From IMG/VR virus record IMGVR_UViG_3300017971_004694: a DNA stretch of 64,000 nucleotides, one strand, 5' to 3'. The notes under the pieces were generated by a model. It was given only the letters and a program-made list of their open reading frames with translations, did not search any database and had not been told where the DNA came from. How positions within the stretch are numbered: the stretch's first letter is position 1; each line of letters begins with the position of its first letter. Shown in pieces: positions 48,901-57,915 of this stretch. Made by a program: the position numbers and the translations under genes. This stretch comes from a virus.

Positions 48901-50193
48901 CGATGAATTACTTTCTCCCTGTACTGATAAAGGATATGCAGTTGCCCCTACCAAATACTGAATATCGATTCTGTTTGCGCCACCAGAATGAACAGATTTA
49001 CCTGACAGCACTAGCATAATGCGCTCGCCTTCAACAACATCTACAGTTACCGACAGAGAATCCCCACTACCATTATCAACATCAACGAATGAGGTGCTGG
49101 ATGTTGTGAAAGTCGATGCCAAAGCCACCTCTTCGACCAGTATACCTTCTGCTACGCCATTAAAGTTTATCGTAGCGGTCCCATCAATATCTGTAATGTC
49201 AACATTGGGTCCAACAAAATCAAATGCCTGTGGCTGTCCCACAATATCATAACCATCTTTCCGAATTGGAACAAGACCGCCACGGAATCTCCGCACCCAG
49301 GTACTACATTTTGGATAATATCCCCAACCAGACAGCCACTCGGTATCACCACCTAAAAAGTTCATGGGCTGGTTGTTTACCTCACCTGCAAAATCAATTG
49401 TATGACTACCAGCTGATAGCGTAAGAATCTTGGTGCCAACAAAAGTATATTCGTATTCGTTGGAGCAGAAGTCGCACATTACCCATGATCCTGAGTCAAC
49501 ACGATATAACACCGACCGGCCTGTTGGGGTACTTATGTTCTTATAGGTAGGAATAAACCAACCAATCTCTACCTGTTCATCCTGATAGGTAGTAAATGTT
49601 AAAGACAAATCAGTCAGTAGCGTTGCCGTAGCATTAACAGATATAGTCTGGTCAGATGTTTTTTCTGCTGTGCTCAGTAATGTACCCCCAGCTCCAGAAC
49701 CCGAAATTAACTGCAACGTTACTTGAGGAGCAAGAACAGGAACAAGACCAACGATCCTCCACGCAGTTCCGTTAGTTTCTTGTCCATACACTTTAAGCGT
49801 GTGAGTACCAGCCGTTAAATCTACTTCTCCGGAAAGTGTTGGCAAAACATATGCGTTGCTCGCTGTGCGAACTTCCCAGTCAGAGTCATCGCCAACTGTT
49901 TGTTCTGCACTGTCATTTTCATCAAATAGAAGTTTATATCGCACACTTACAGCGCCAGTACCAAATAACGTTATATTGACTGTAACCAAATATTTTCCAG
50001 CTACAGGAACATCAAAAGTATGATAATTAGTATCTCCAGAGCCACCAGGTGGCGTATCAGGCCATGGTGAAACCTGCACAGAGCCAGCAGGAGCATCATA
50101 GTTGACTCCTGGAGGATTTTCACCGTGTATAACTATTAGAGAGCCTGGGGCAGAAAATATGGCATCTCCTAATTGATCGATTTTAATGGTCAT
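45937..50193 (-). CDS. Modular fibre-like protein (paralog 2)
   Basis: Repeated RFRGGLVPI..DG..QPQAF.F.G and ELF.MD..G..TQIT modules. Confidence 0.75.
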   Translation of the reverse strand: MTIKIDQLGDAIFSAPGSLIVIHGENPPGVNYDAPAGSVQVSPWPDTPPGGSGDTNYHTFDVPVAGKYLVTVNITLFGTGAVSVRYKLLFDENDSAEQTVGDDSDWEVRTASNAYVLPTLSGEVDLTAGTHTLKVYGQETNGTAWRIVGLVPVLAPQVTLQLISGSGAGGTLLSTAEKTSDQTISVNATATLLTDLSLTFTTYQDEQVEIGWFIPTYKNISTPTGRSVLYRVDSGSWVMCDFCSNEYEYTFVGTKILTLSAGSHTIDFAGEVNNQPMNFLGGDTEWLSGWGYYPKCSTWVRRFRGGLVPIRKDGYDIVGQPQAFDFVGPNVDITDIDGTATINFNGVAEGILVEEVALASTFTTSSTSFVDVDNGSGDSLSVTVDVVEGERIMLVLSGKSVHSGGANRIDIQYLVGATAYPLSVQGESNSSGYTTALGSFTPVITGELSAGSVTIMVQAQTSSTSIQILAGARLQVIRFRGGYIQPENAPIVDNVSDNQYEYVAAPGANDDLRLTFNNGVRYQATSPISMDISTTGLGGREPSAALTSGTWYYNYAVPDTNNSGYFGIIASDQHPGFGPADYSIYKYLGAVYYIDGSSKLRIVSQTGNKFDYPDATDSTLWLYDSGSGGATEITPTANTWYSFSTSGAGPGGGTQNDLRDAVPISAAQVDFSANMDTDGGEIYDLFIESGEVLYTPTISGASPGAFISCDLSARDANRALVPLHNGDAYFRWGSQNVGPISFLVIVRGYVDGYLADLESSMISGASTLDQAYIGGRAITADAGAVQIDASGDEALDLDGYVSLSEITDPNATDDDRGFLYAKNDDAYGTSELFFMDNYGQVTQITQDGYLATYNSLRGIRLLEGVELSQQVGSLSLYAKDSNGVTELFSRDSSGNETQITVQGRLGNGAIAAPGDYIEISDGQPSANIDINGSGAENQIIPDPAGPDAYMEFTARVSGIYRAMLGVIVNVPSGQSHTSAQFRLVFDEGEAEEQSVGYNEDWQTRKAPGGWDHTVFEGHVNLVAGVHKVTAYCKEVTAGSYTNDMDINGGSGPVGAPFIRLQAVTGSGAGGSLTDSISLTTDQTGIGGTWTDIDDGANKLELTFDTSEDETVFVYLRATATTSTAAGAWSRIVLDGTPVDESVRASYSSGGTNLDIAIPIAGLSAGSHTIKAQAYVSSGTLAIEGDATRGVSSLFITRYRGGLVPIQNDGYDLLGQPQAFNFTGNNIGVTDSNGAAEITVFPDGYVNLDEMSDPSPLDDAGLIYTKEVDGYTELHYMDDYGLSTQITNQGIRGTLVDAQKNSADVGSITTSFVTINTHNIVIRDGDEILIEASMSLSSSGASTPWLGYRIDSGTWRRFAATYIASGAWGGISGSLRDEHLTVGPHTVEIGLRVASVGTLTMNASTAGIPGRSAVWQFPG

Positions 50194-50235
50194 GTTTTAA
50201 AAAACCTCTGTTTTATGCTCTGCCTTTCTCCTTTC

Positions 50236-52296
50236 TTATGATCTGTATATGGCAATATACCAATCGCCAGATGAGCCCGAAGCTACAAATTCCGCCCTAT
50301 TAAGCGACGTATTATAAGTCCATTCGATTTTACTAACTCCAAGAGAGCTAACATATCGCATTAATACGCCATTCCTATAAACATCCAAATCTCTTAAAGA
50401 ACGCCTACTAGGTGCAATCATTGGCACTTGTGAAAGCTGAATGAATGTTTCAGTTCCATCTGTAGATGCCGGATCCAACTCATCTTCATAAGCAGTTGCG
50501 CCTATATTGAGTTTTCCATTATTTGTAATTTGCACTGATTGACCAGCATGATTCATATAGAATAATTCAAGGGCTGCAGGATTGTATCCGTCATAGGCAT
50601 CTAAAACGTAAATCTCACCCTTGTTAAACTGCGGCTGCGGATCTTCAATCAAATAATGTAAACCAAGGTAGCCGTCAAGGTTCATAGCCTCATAGGCATC
50701 ATATGCGTCAACATGGAAAGGTGTTCCTGGTACTATAACAATAGTATTTCCACTGTTATAAGCTTGCTGAAGAGTTCCACCACCTGCACCACCTGGTAAG
50801 TTGCCAACTTGAACTTTCTTTTTATTATTGGAATCGGCACTATCTTCTATAAGAAGCAAATCAGCTGCCACTGGAACTGCCTTTGCTGCTATGGCAGCAA
50901 TTTCGCCAGCAACATTGTCATGAATTGCATCCGGATCGTTTCCGCCACCCCCAATTATAGAGCCCTTATCGGTAATTTGTATTGCAGATCCGTAGCTATC
51001 CATATAATGGAATTCTGTATATCCATCGATATCTTTCGTATACATAATTCCAATATCTGGAGATGGAGTCGGATCGGGAATTTCTCCCAACGCCAAATAT
51101 CCATCGGCTATAATATTGTCACCAGTTCCTCGTACTTGCACTGCTCCAAGAACAGGATTGTTGATTTCAGCGGTTCCTGCTGGATCTCCTGGCCCAGTGC
51201 CTGTATCAATAGTAATGTCTATATTGTGCGTGCCAGCAGATAAATTAGTAACAACATATGAGAAAGATACGTTAGTTGCTTCCAATCCGCCACCGAGAAC
51301 AGCCGCTAATATTGTAGTATAATAAGTATATACGGTAGTGCTCCCTACCGTTAAATGAATATATATATTTTCATATGGATTTGGTGGCACAGTAGTTGGC
51401 TTAACCGAACCTGAAAAAGATACCAGTATATCTTCTCCAGCCTTTGTTGTAATGCTTGTGAAAACAACAGGAGGAGAAGGAAATGAACCAGTTGGTATGC
51501 CTGTTGCTCCTTTTAGTGCATCGTCAACAGTGCCAACCAAACCGGACCCCATATCTGACATTTGATACGCCTGTCCATAATCGTCCATAAAGAACAACTG
51601 GTTATATCCATCTACCGACTTCACATATAATAGGCCCTTTCCAGGAATTGGCTCAGGATCATAGCCATCGACAAGTCCGATGTAGCCGTCTATATTAAGT
51701 GCCTCGTAGCCGTATGCGTCAACAATAATTGGTCCATCTACTAAATAGAGATCAGCACCATTAAGATAAGCCTGCTGTAATGTAAGAGAGCCACCGCCAC
51801 CACCGCTAATTTGTCCATTACTAGTTATCTGTATATCATTACCTGAGCTGTCACGCGCAAAAAGCTCAGTATTACCGGAGACTGTTTTTGCAAACAGCGT
51901 GAAGCTACCAGGCTGGTTAGGTAGATCTTCGCCCTCAAGAAGTCTAACGCCACGGAGGCTGTTATAAGTAGCTAAATACCCATCTTGCGTAATTTGAGTT
52001 ACTTGACCATAACTGTCTATAAAGAATAATTCGGTTGTACCGTATGCATCGTCTTCTTTCGTATATATGCTGCCATAATTGTCCAATGTGGGAGGATCCA
52101 CATCCCTTTCTGGCATAGGCAAGTAACCATTAACTAATCCAGAACCTCCAGAAGCAACTCCAAATTCGAGTCCATCTTCTCCAGCTTTTACTATTATTGC
52201 TTTGCCACTCTGTCCAGCATAACTGCTAGGAGTATCCAGCAAATCTGTAAATTCTGAATAGCCATCGTCAATCTGAAAAGGCTGTAATTTAACCAC
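50236..52296 (-). CDS. Modular fibre-like protein (paralog 3)
   Basis: Same modules; GTG start with GGAGG RBS. Confidence 0.75.
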   Translation of the reverse strand: MVKLQPFQIDDGYSEFTDLLDTPSSYAGQSGKAIIVKAGEDGLEFGVASGGSGLVNGYLPMPERDVDPPTLDNYGSIYTKEDDAYGTTELFFIDSYGQVTQITQDGYLATYNSLRGVRLLEGEDLPNQPGSFTLFAKTVSGNTELFARDSSGNDIQITSNGQISGGGGGSLTLQQAYLNGADLYLVDGPIIVDAYGYEALNIDGYIGLVDGYDPEPIPGKGLLYVKSVDGYNQLFFMDDYGQAYQMSDMGSGLVGTVDDALKGATGIPTGSFPSPPVVFTSITTKAGEDILVSFSGSVKPTTVPPNPYENIYIHLTVGSTTVYTYYTTILAAVLGGGLEATNVSFSYVVTNLSAGTHNIDITIDTGTGPGDPAGTAEINNPVLGAVQVRGTGDNIIADGYLALGEIPDPTPSPDIGIMYTKDIDGYTEFHYMDSYGSAIQITDKGSIIGGGGNDPDAIHDNVAGEIAAIAAKAVPVAADLLLIEDSADSNNKKKVQVGNLPGGAGGGTLQQAYNSGNTIVIVPGTPFHVDAYDAYEAMNLDGYLGLHYLIEDPQPQFNKGEIYVLDAYDGYNPAALELFYMNHAGQSVQITNNGKLNIGATAYEDELDPASTDGTETFIQLSQVPMIAPSRRSLRDLDVYRNGVLMRYVSSLGVSKIEWTYNTSLNRAEFVASGSSGDWYIAIYRS

Positions 52297-52378
52297 TTTG
52301 TGGTACCTCCGAGAAAATATATTTCTTAAACCTTACCTTTCTATTATCTATGAATTCCTGGCAGAAAAATTGCACTCT

Positions 52379-52417
52379 CTACCACTCGGAAATTTGAAAT
52401 GATTTTACCTTTGCCAC
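52379..52417 (-). pseudogene. Vestigial 12-codon paralog start (MAKVKSFQISEW)
   Basis: RBS region and N-terminus mirror those of 50236..52296 (GGAGGTAAACCTCAAAGTG vs GGAGGTACCACAAAGTG; MVKLQPFQID). Confidence 0.55.
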
Positions 52418-52458
52418 TTTGAGGTTTACCTCCGGTAAATATTTATATTTCTCCTTCC

Positions 52459-55400
52459 TTAACTTACTATAGCCCTATCAGTAACGCGGCGCCAATTAGT
52501 CCCATCAGAAAATGCCGGAACTGCGCCACCAGATTCGTCTGGCACAAAAACCATTTGTCCGGCTGGAGACGCAGCTGGCAATTGTGCTACATTATAGCTA
52601 GGCAACAGATTATAAAGCGCCCCTCTTCTCGTAATTTGAACGGACTCATCATAATTATCTACGTGATGAAGCTCAGAATACCCATCTACATCTTTGGAAT
52701 ACAACAAACTGGCGTTGTCCAAACCTACCGGATCGGAAATTTCATCCAGAGTAATATATCCATCTATCTCAAGTGCTTCATCACCTGATGCATCAATAAT
52801 AACAGAACCAGCATCAGCTGTGATCAACCTTCCCGCTCCAGGGCCACCCTCATCATATGCTTGGTCAAGCGTATTATGAGTTACAGCAAGCGAGCCGCCT
52901 TGAGTAATTTGCGTAATTTGACCCGAATGATCCATATATAATAGTTCTAGGCCATAACCAGGGACATCATATACAAACAACTGCCCCTTGTTAAATTGCG
53001 CATCTGGATAACCATCCAAATAATGTAAACCAAGATAGCCATCAAGATTTAGTGCTTCGTAAGAATCATATGCGTCAATGTGTACTGGCACCCCAGGCCA
53101 AACTATTATCGTGTTTCCGTTGGCATAGGCTTGCTGCAAGGTTACATTGTGCGGGTTAGAAGTATCATTGGCATGATTGTTAAAAACCGATAGTGTTGCA
53201 TAGCTATCAAGCAACGTCTTTTCAGCAAGAGGATCAATATCCGCCAAAGTGGCATAGCTATCAAGCAACGTCTTTTCAGCAAGAGGATCAATATCCACCA
53301 AAGTGGCATAGCTATCAAGCAACGTCTTTTCAGCAAGAGGATCAATATCCACCAAAGTGGCATAGCTATCAAGAAGCGCCTTTTCAGCAAGAGGATCAAT
53401 ATCCACCAAAGTGGCATAGCTATCAAGAAGCGTGCTATCAATAAGAGTTGCATCTGATACCAAAGCATTAAGCTCAGCAAGAGTGCTACTGGTGTGTTCC
53501 GAACCACCCAAAGCGTGCTTGGCTAGAGTTCCACCCTGAGTAATTTGTGTAACCACCCCAGCATGATCCATGTAGAGCAGTTCGAGCCCAGAACCAGGAA
53601 CATCAAATACGAACAATTGACCTTTATCAAACTGAGCATCTGGGTAGCCGTCAAGATAATGTAAACCAAGGTAGCCATCAAGATTAAGGGCCTCATAAGA
53701 ATCATAGGCATCAATGTGAACTGGCATTCCAGGTATTATTATAATGCTGTTTCCACTAATATAAGCTTGTTGAAGCGTTACATTGTGAGGGTTGGACATA
53801 TCCGAAGTATGATTTGTTAAAGCCGTTGTTGTCGCATAACTATCAAGTAGCGTATCATCAATAAGGGTTGCGTCCGACACCAAAGCATTGAGTTCAGCAA
53901 GAGTGCTGCTGGTATGTTCAATTCCACCCAAAGCGTGTTTGACCAGAGTTCCATCCTGAGTCAATCTTACCGCAACACCATAATTATCCATATAGAATAG
54001 CTCAGTATAGCCGTCCATAAGCTTCCCGTATAGATAACCGTCATATCCATCTGGATCCACTGATGGATCTGCCACCTGCTGTTCTATTCTTATATAATCA
54101 AGATCTCCAATTTGTATATCTGCTACGCCATTATTATCAGCTACTATAACCCTGCCTGTAAAGTTAAAGGCGGCTGGAATATCAACAATGGTTGTTCCCT
54201 CATCTTGAATTGGAACCAAACCACCACGGAACTGTAGAACTTGTAGTGTTCCATAGGCATCAACGGTTAAAGTGCCAGCGCCATCCTTCATTATTTGAAA
54301 GCTGGCTGTGTGATTTCCAGCCGTAAGAGGTGGTGTTACATAGCTCTTACTAATGTCTTTAGCTTGGCTCAAACCTTCTCTTACACCGTCTTGATATCTA
54401 TATCCATCAACAGCAAAAGAAGTAAAAGCATTAACAACAGAGGTTGTACTAATACTTCCACTATAGACAAGCAGAACTTCTTCATTTTCTACAGTATCAA
54501 AGCTCACATTGAGTTCGGTAACAGTTTCCCAAGTATCTACGGACACATAGTTTTTACTAACTGTGAGCATAGTTTGGTCAGACAAAGCGCCGCCTGCTCC
54601 AGAACCTGCAAGATTTATAGCCACAAGGTTTACATAATCATCTGTGTTGATTTGAGCACCTGAGCCGCCGCCGTCATTCTGGTATTGTACAGTAATCTTG
54701 TGATTTCCGAAGCCCATTTCAACCATATGAGTAGTAAAAGAAGCGGAATAGTGCTCACCAGAAGTAACACTAATAATATTCCAAGCATCATTATCAGTTG
54801 GTTCTATAATTTGTTCTGTAAATCCATTGTAGTCGCCTTTATCTACAATAACACGGAAATTGGTGCGTTGAGAAACTCCAGAAGCCTGATACACCTGGAC
54901 ATTGAACGTAAGAATGTAGCTGCCCGCCACAACAGCATCAAAATATCCGTCGGCTCCAGTTATATCTACGAAGGATGTAGATGTTAGACCAACGGCAACA
55001 GAAGGTACGAATTCTATTACTGCGTCTGCGAATCCAGAGTTGGTAACAGCAGTGGTATTTAGTCTGCCACCAAGCGTTACCTGTGTCTCATTCCCGCCAC
55101 TATCTTTTGTAAATAGCTCGGTTATACCGTTGCTGAGTTTGGCGTAGAGTGAAACTCTTCCAACCTGATCTGTAAATTCTGTTCCCTCAAGAAGACTTAC
55201 GCCTCTAAGAGAATTGTAAGTGGCCAAATATCCGTCTTGTGTAATTTGAGTGATCTGGCCACTGTCATCCATATAAAATAGTTCAGAGGTTCCGTATGCG
55301 TCATCATTTTTGGAATATAGGAAACCCTTGTTGGCTACATTTGTAGGATCAGTAATCTCATTGAGCAGCATATAGCCGTCAAGTTCCAGCGCATCATTTC

Positions 55401-57831
55401 CAGAAGCATCCATAACCACAGCGCCTGCGTCTGTTGTTATTACTCTGCCAGCTCCTGCGCCACCTTGATCATATGCCTGGTTCAAAGTGTTAGCGCCAAG
55501 AGTTGATCCATCCTGGGTAATCTGCACTTCGTTGCCAGCAGCATCCTGGTAGAAAAGCTCTGTGTCGCCGCCATCATCTTTTGCATAGATGTGGCCTTCA
55601 TTTGGTAATCCTGTGGGAGCAGCTATTTCAGCAAGACTCAAATATCCATCAATGCCAATAGCTTCGTCGCCACCGGCATTTACAATAACTCCACCAGAGT
55701 CTGCTGTAATAATCCTGCCTGCTCCAGCACCACCTTCATCATAGGCTTGATCCAGGGTATTACCATCACCTCCAACAGGAGAGCCCTTGTTGGTAATTTG
55801 TGTAGCAAGACCGTAATCGTCCATGTAGAACAATTCGGTGTATCCGTCAATTTCTCTGGAATATACCAATCCAGCATCTGCAAGATTGGATGGGTTAGAA
55901 ATCTCATCTAATGTTAAATAACCATCTATTTCAATAGCCTCATTCCCCGAGGCATTAATAATCACAGCACCAGCATCGGCAGTAATAACTCTGCCCATAT
56001 TGTATGCCTGATCCAACGAGTTAATGGCAATTTCCGGATCGGTTTTATACCTTGCGGCATACCAAGTTCCGGCTACGCCAGAAGCAACGAACTCAATGCG
56101 GTTTAGTGTAGCATTATATGTCCATTCAGTCTTGCTGGCTCCCAGAACAGCCACCCAACGCATTCTTGCGCCATTCTGGAAAACATCCAAAGCATAGCCA
56201 GAAGGCATATTATTTTGAACCATAGGAGTTCCAGTAAGCGGCAGAGAGGTCTCAATTCCGGTAGTAGTTGCCGGATTAAGCTCGTCAAACTGCTCTAATA
56301 CGGTGTAGCCGTCTATGCCAAGATAGCCATCTGAGGTTATTTGGATTACATTGCCATCGCCATCCTTGTAGAAAAGCTCGGTGTTGCTGGCAATTTCCTT
56401 GGTGTACAGAAAGCCCTTATAAGGGGCAGTAGTAGGATCGGAAGGCTGCATGAATAGTCCGACACCTCTAAGGCTCTCAAAAGTGTCTAAATATCCATCG
56501 TTTGTAATACGAGTTATAGCACCAGCATCATCTATGTAATGAAGCTCTACTGCTCCGTCCACGGTTTTTGCGTATAGGTAGCCATCGTTAGCTGTTGAAG
56601 CAGTTGGATCAGCACCTTGCGTTGGTAGAGCCAAAAACTCTTCGGTTTCTACAACAAGCTTTTCGTCGCCGCCGGGATTTAACTCATCAAATACAATGTT
56701 CAAACCAGGGGACATCTTATCTTCAAGAAATCCTGGTGTTGTATCTGTAGCGCTTTTCTTAAGCTCATAGGCGTCCGCGAGTGCGGACATATTTAAGAAG
56801 CCGTTTTTGGTAATCTGAACGACATTGCCAGAATCATCTTTATAGAAAAGCTCTGTGTCACCGGAGTCATCCTTGGTATATACGCTTCCAACCCCAACTT
56901 CTACGACAGGATCAGAGGCTATTTCACTAAGGGCGAGATAACCATCAAGCAGGCGAACATTGCCTGACGTAAGCAGTACGTCTCCAGTATCTGCCAACAG
57001 AGCGTAATTGAAGGGCAACGTGCCGCTTGTAGCTTTGTATGCCACCATGAGGCCACTTACTGGAACGCCAGGATCCAGTGTCTCGGCACGGAAAAGATCA
57101 GTCTCAGAATCTGACGCATTGCCAGGCAAAATATCCACATAAGAATAGACGCCCAAAGCTGTGAACCCACCTGCGGGTAGGGCGCTTATAAGCTGCGAAG
57201 CTACCGAAATCGGCTCGGTATATCCATCCTGGGCAAGTGCAAATCTTACTCCAATTTGGTTATTTACGTCTACGGCAGTTATGTCGGTCTCAAGAATTGG
57301 TTCTTGGTTTAGATCTCCAGTAGCAGCTAGGCTAAGTCCACTATCACCCCCGGATACATTCAGAAGAATAGGTCCAGAGTCAACGGCAATAATTCTTCCA
57401 GAACCTGCGCCCCCTTCGTCATACGCCTGATCAAGAGTATTTCCTATGGCAGAGTTGGTATCAATGGCAACAAAGGCATCATACATGGCCTTGGACCAAC
57501 CAATTGTTGATCCGTATTCGTCTTCCTCTCCTGTAGCTGGTATACGGATATTGAGATTGGCAGTTCTGACCGCAGCTATGGCGATGTCCGTCACTGAGCC
57601 GTTTACTGTGAGGCGGATTCGATAGGAACCTACACTATCTACTGTTTTTAGAGTAGGGGTTTTGGTTGTTGGGTTCTGGATCCAAGCGGCTGAGCCTGGT
57701 GGAGCAGACAAAAGCGCCCAGAGCCTCGTAGAAGCGCCTACTCCTACATCATTCAGATTTACGTCAACGCCTAGCGGCAAATTAGTAACGCTGCCGACTT
57801 GACCGTTAATTTCTATGATTGCTGTGGCCAT
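52459..57831 (-). CDS. Long modular tail-fibre-like protein (paralog 4)
   Basis: Ig/PKD-like N-terminus, many TLDQAY and ELFY.D modules, C-terminal AFSDGTNWRRVTDRAIVS. Confidence 0.8.
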   Translation of the reverse strand: MATAIIEINGQVGSVTNLPLGVDVNLNDVGVGASTRLWALLSAPPGSAAWIQNPTTKTPTLKTVDSVGSYRIRLTVNGSVTDIAIAAVRTANLNIRIPATGEEDEYGSTIGWSKAMYDAFVAIDTNSAIGNTLDQAYDEGGAGSGRIIAVDSGPILLNVSGGDSGLSLAATGDLNQEPILETDITAVDVNNQIGVRFALAQDGYTEPISVASQLISALPAGGFTALGVYSYVDILPGNASDSETDLFRAETLDPGVPVSGLMVAYKATSGTLPFNYALLADTGDVLLTSGNVRLLDGYLALSEIASDPVVEVGVGSVYTKDDSGDTELFYKDDSGNVVQITKNGFLNMSALADAYELKKSATDTTPGFLEDKMSPGLNIVFDELNPGGDEKLVVETEEFLALPTQGADPTASTANDGYLYAKTVDGAVELHYIDDAGAITRITNDGYLDTFESLRGVGLFMQPSDPTTAPYKGFLYTKEIASNTELFYKDGDGNVIQITSDGYLGIDGYTVLEQFDELNPATTTGIETSLPLTGTPMVQNNMPSGYALDVFQNGARMRWVAVLGASKTEWTYNATLNRIEFVASGVAGTWYAARYKTDPEIAINSLDQAYNMGRVITADAGAVIINASGNEAIEIDGYLTLDEISNPSNLADAGLVYSREIDGYTELFYMDDYGLATQITNKGSPVGGDGNTLDQAYDEGGAGAGRIITADSGGVIVNAGGDEAIGIDGYLSLAEIAAPTGLPNEGHIYAKDDGGDTELFYQDAAGNEVQITQDGSTLGANTLNQAYDQGGAGAGRVITTDAGAVVMDASGNDALELDGYMLLNEITDPTNVANKGFLYSKNDDAYGTSELFYMDDSGQITQITQDGYLATYNSLRGVSLLEGTEFTDQVGRVSLYAKLSNGITELFTKDSGGNETQVTLGGRLNTTAVTNSGFADAVIEFVPSVAVGLTSTSFVDITGADGYFDAVVAGSYILTFNVQVYQASGVSQRTNFRVIVDKGDYNGFTEQIIEPTDNDAWNIISVTSGEHYSASFTTHMVEMGFGNHKITVQYQNDGGGSGAQINTDDYVNLVAINLAGSGAGGALSDQTMLTVSKNYVSVDTWETVTELNVSFDTVENEEVLLVYSGSISTTSVVNAFTSFAVDGYRYQDGVREGLSQAKDISKSYVTPPLTAGNHTASFQIMKDGAGTLTVDAYGTLQVLQFRGGLVPIQDEGTTIVDIPAAFNFTGRVIVADNNGVADIQIGDLDYIRIEQQVADPSVDPDGYDGYLYGKLMDGYTELFYMDNYGVAVRLTQDGTLVKHALGGIEHTSSTLAELNALVSDATLIDDTLLDSYATTTALTNHTSDMSNPHNVTLQQAYISGNSIIIIPGMPVHIDAYDSYEALNLDGYLGLHYLDGYPDAQFDKGQLFVFDVPGSGLELLYMDHAGVVTQITQGGTLAKHALGGSEHTSSTLAELNALVSDATLIDSTLLDSYATLVDIDPLAEKALLDSYATLVDIDPLAEKTLLDSYATLVDIDPLAEKTLLDSYATLADIDPLAEKTLLDSYATLSVFNNHANDTSNPHNVTLQQAYANGNTIIVWPGVPVHIDAYDSYEALNLDGYLGLHYLDGYPDAQFNKGQLFVYDVPGYGLELLYMDHSGQITQITQGGSLAVTHNTLDQAYDEGGPGAGRLITADAGSVIIDASGDEALEIDGYITLDEISDPVGLDNASLLYSKDVDGYSELHHVDNYDESVQITRRGALYNLLPSYNVAQLPAASPAGQMVFVPDESGGAVPAFSDGTNWRRVTDRAIVS
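53198..53430. repeat. 54-bp tandem coding repeat (4 full units plus partial)
   Basis: gcatagctatcaag recurs at 53198, 53252, 53306, 53360, 53414; encodes LLDSYATLVDIDPLAEK(T/A). Confidence 0.95.
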
Positions 57832-57890
57832 TTAAGAATAATCCTCCTGCCGTATCTCTCTGGATATGGATTTCCATTAATATTTTAGAA

Positions 57891-57899
57891 TATTAATAG
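57891..57899 (-). promoter_or_regulatory. Putative phage promoter core CTATTAATA
   Basis: Intergenic, 60 nt upstream of fibre operon. Confidence 0.5.
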
Positions 57900-57915
57900 A
57901 TACGGCAGGATAGGA

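Noticed and set aside
52379-52417. Amber read-through of the mini-ORF into gene 50236..52296
   Set aside because: Starts are 121 nt apart (out of frame) and a TAA follows in the mini-ORF frame
53142-53507. Alternative-frame ORFs with repeating peptides (53142..53507 -, 53193..53444 +) and possible CRISPR-like look
   Set aside because: By-products of the 54-bp in-frame coding repeat; no unique spacers, no cas genes
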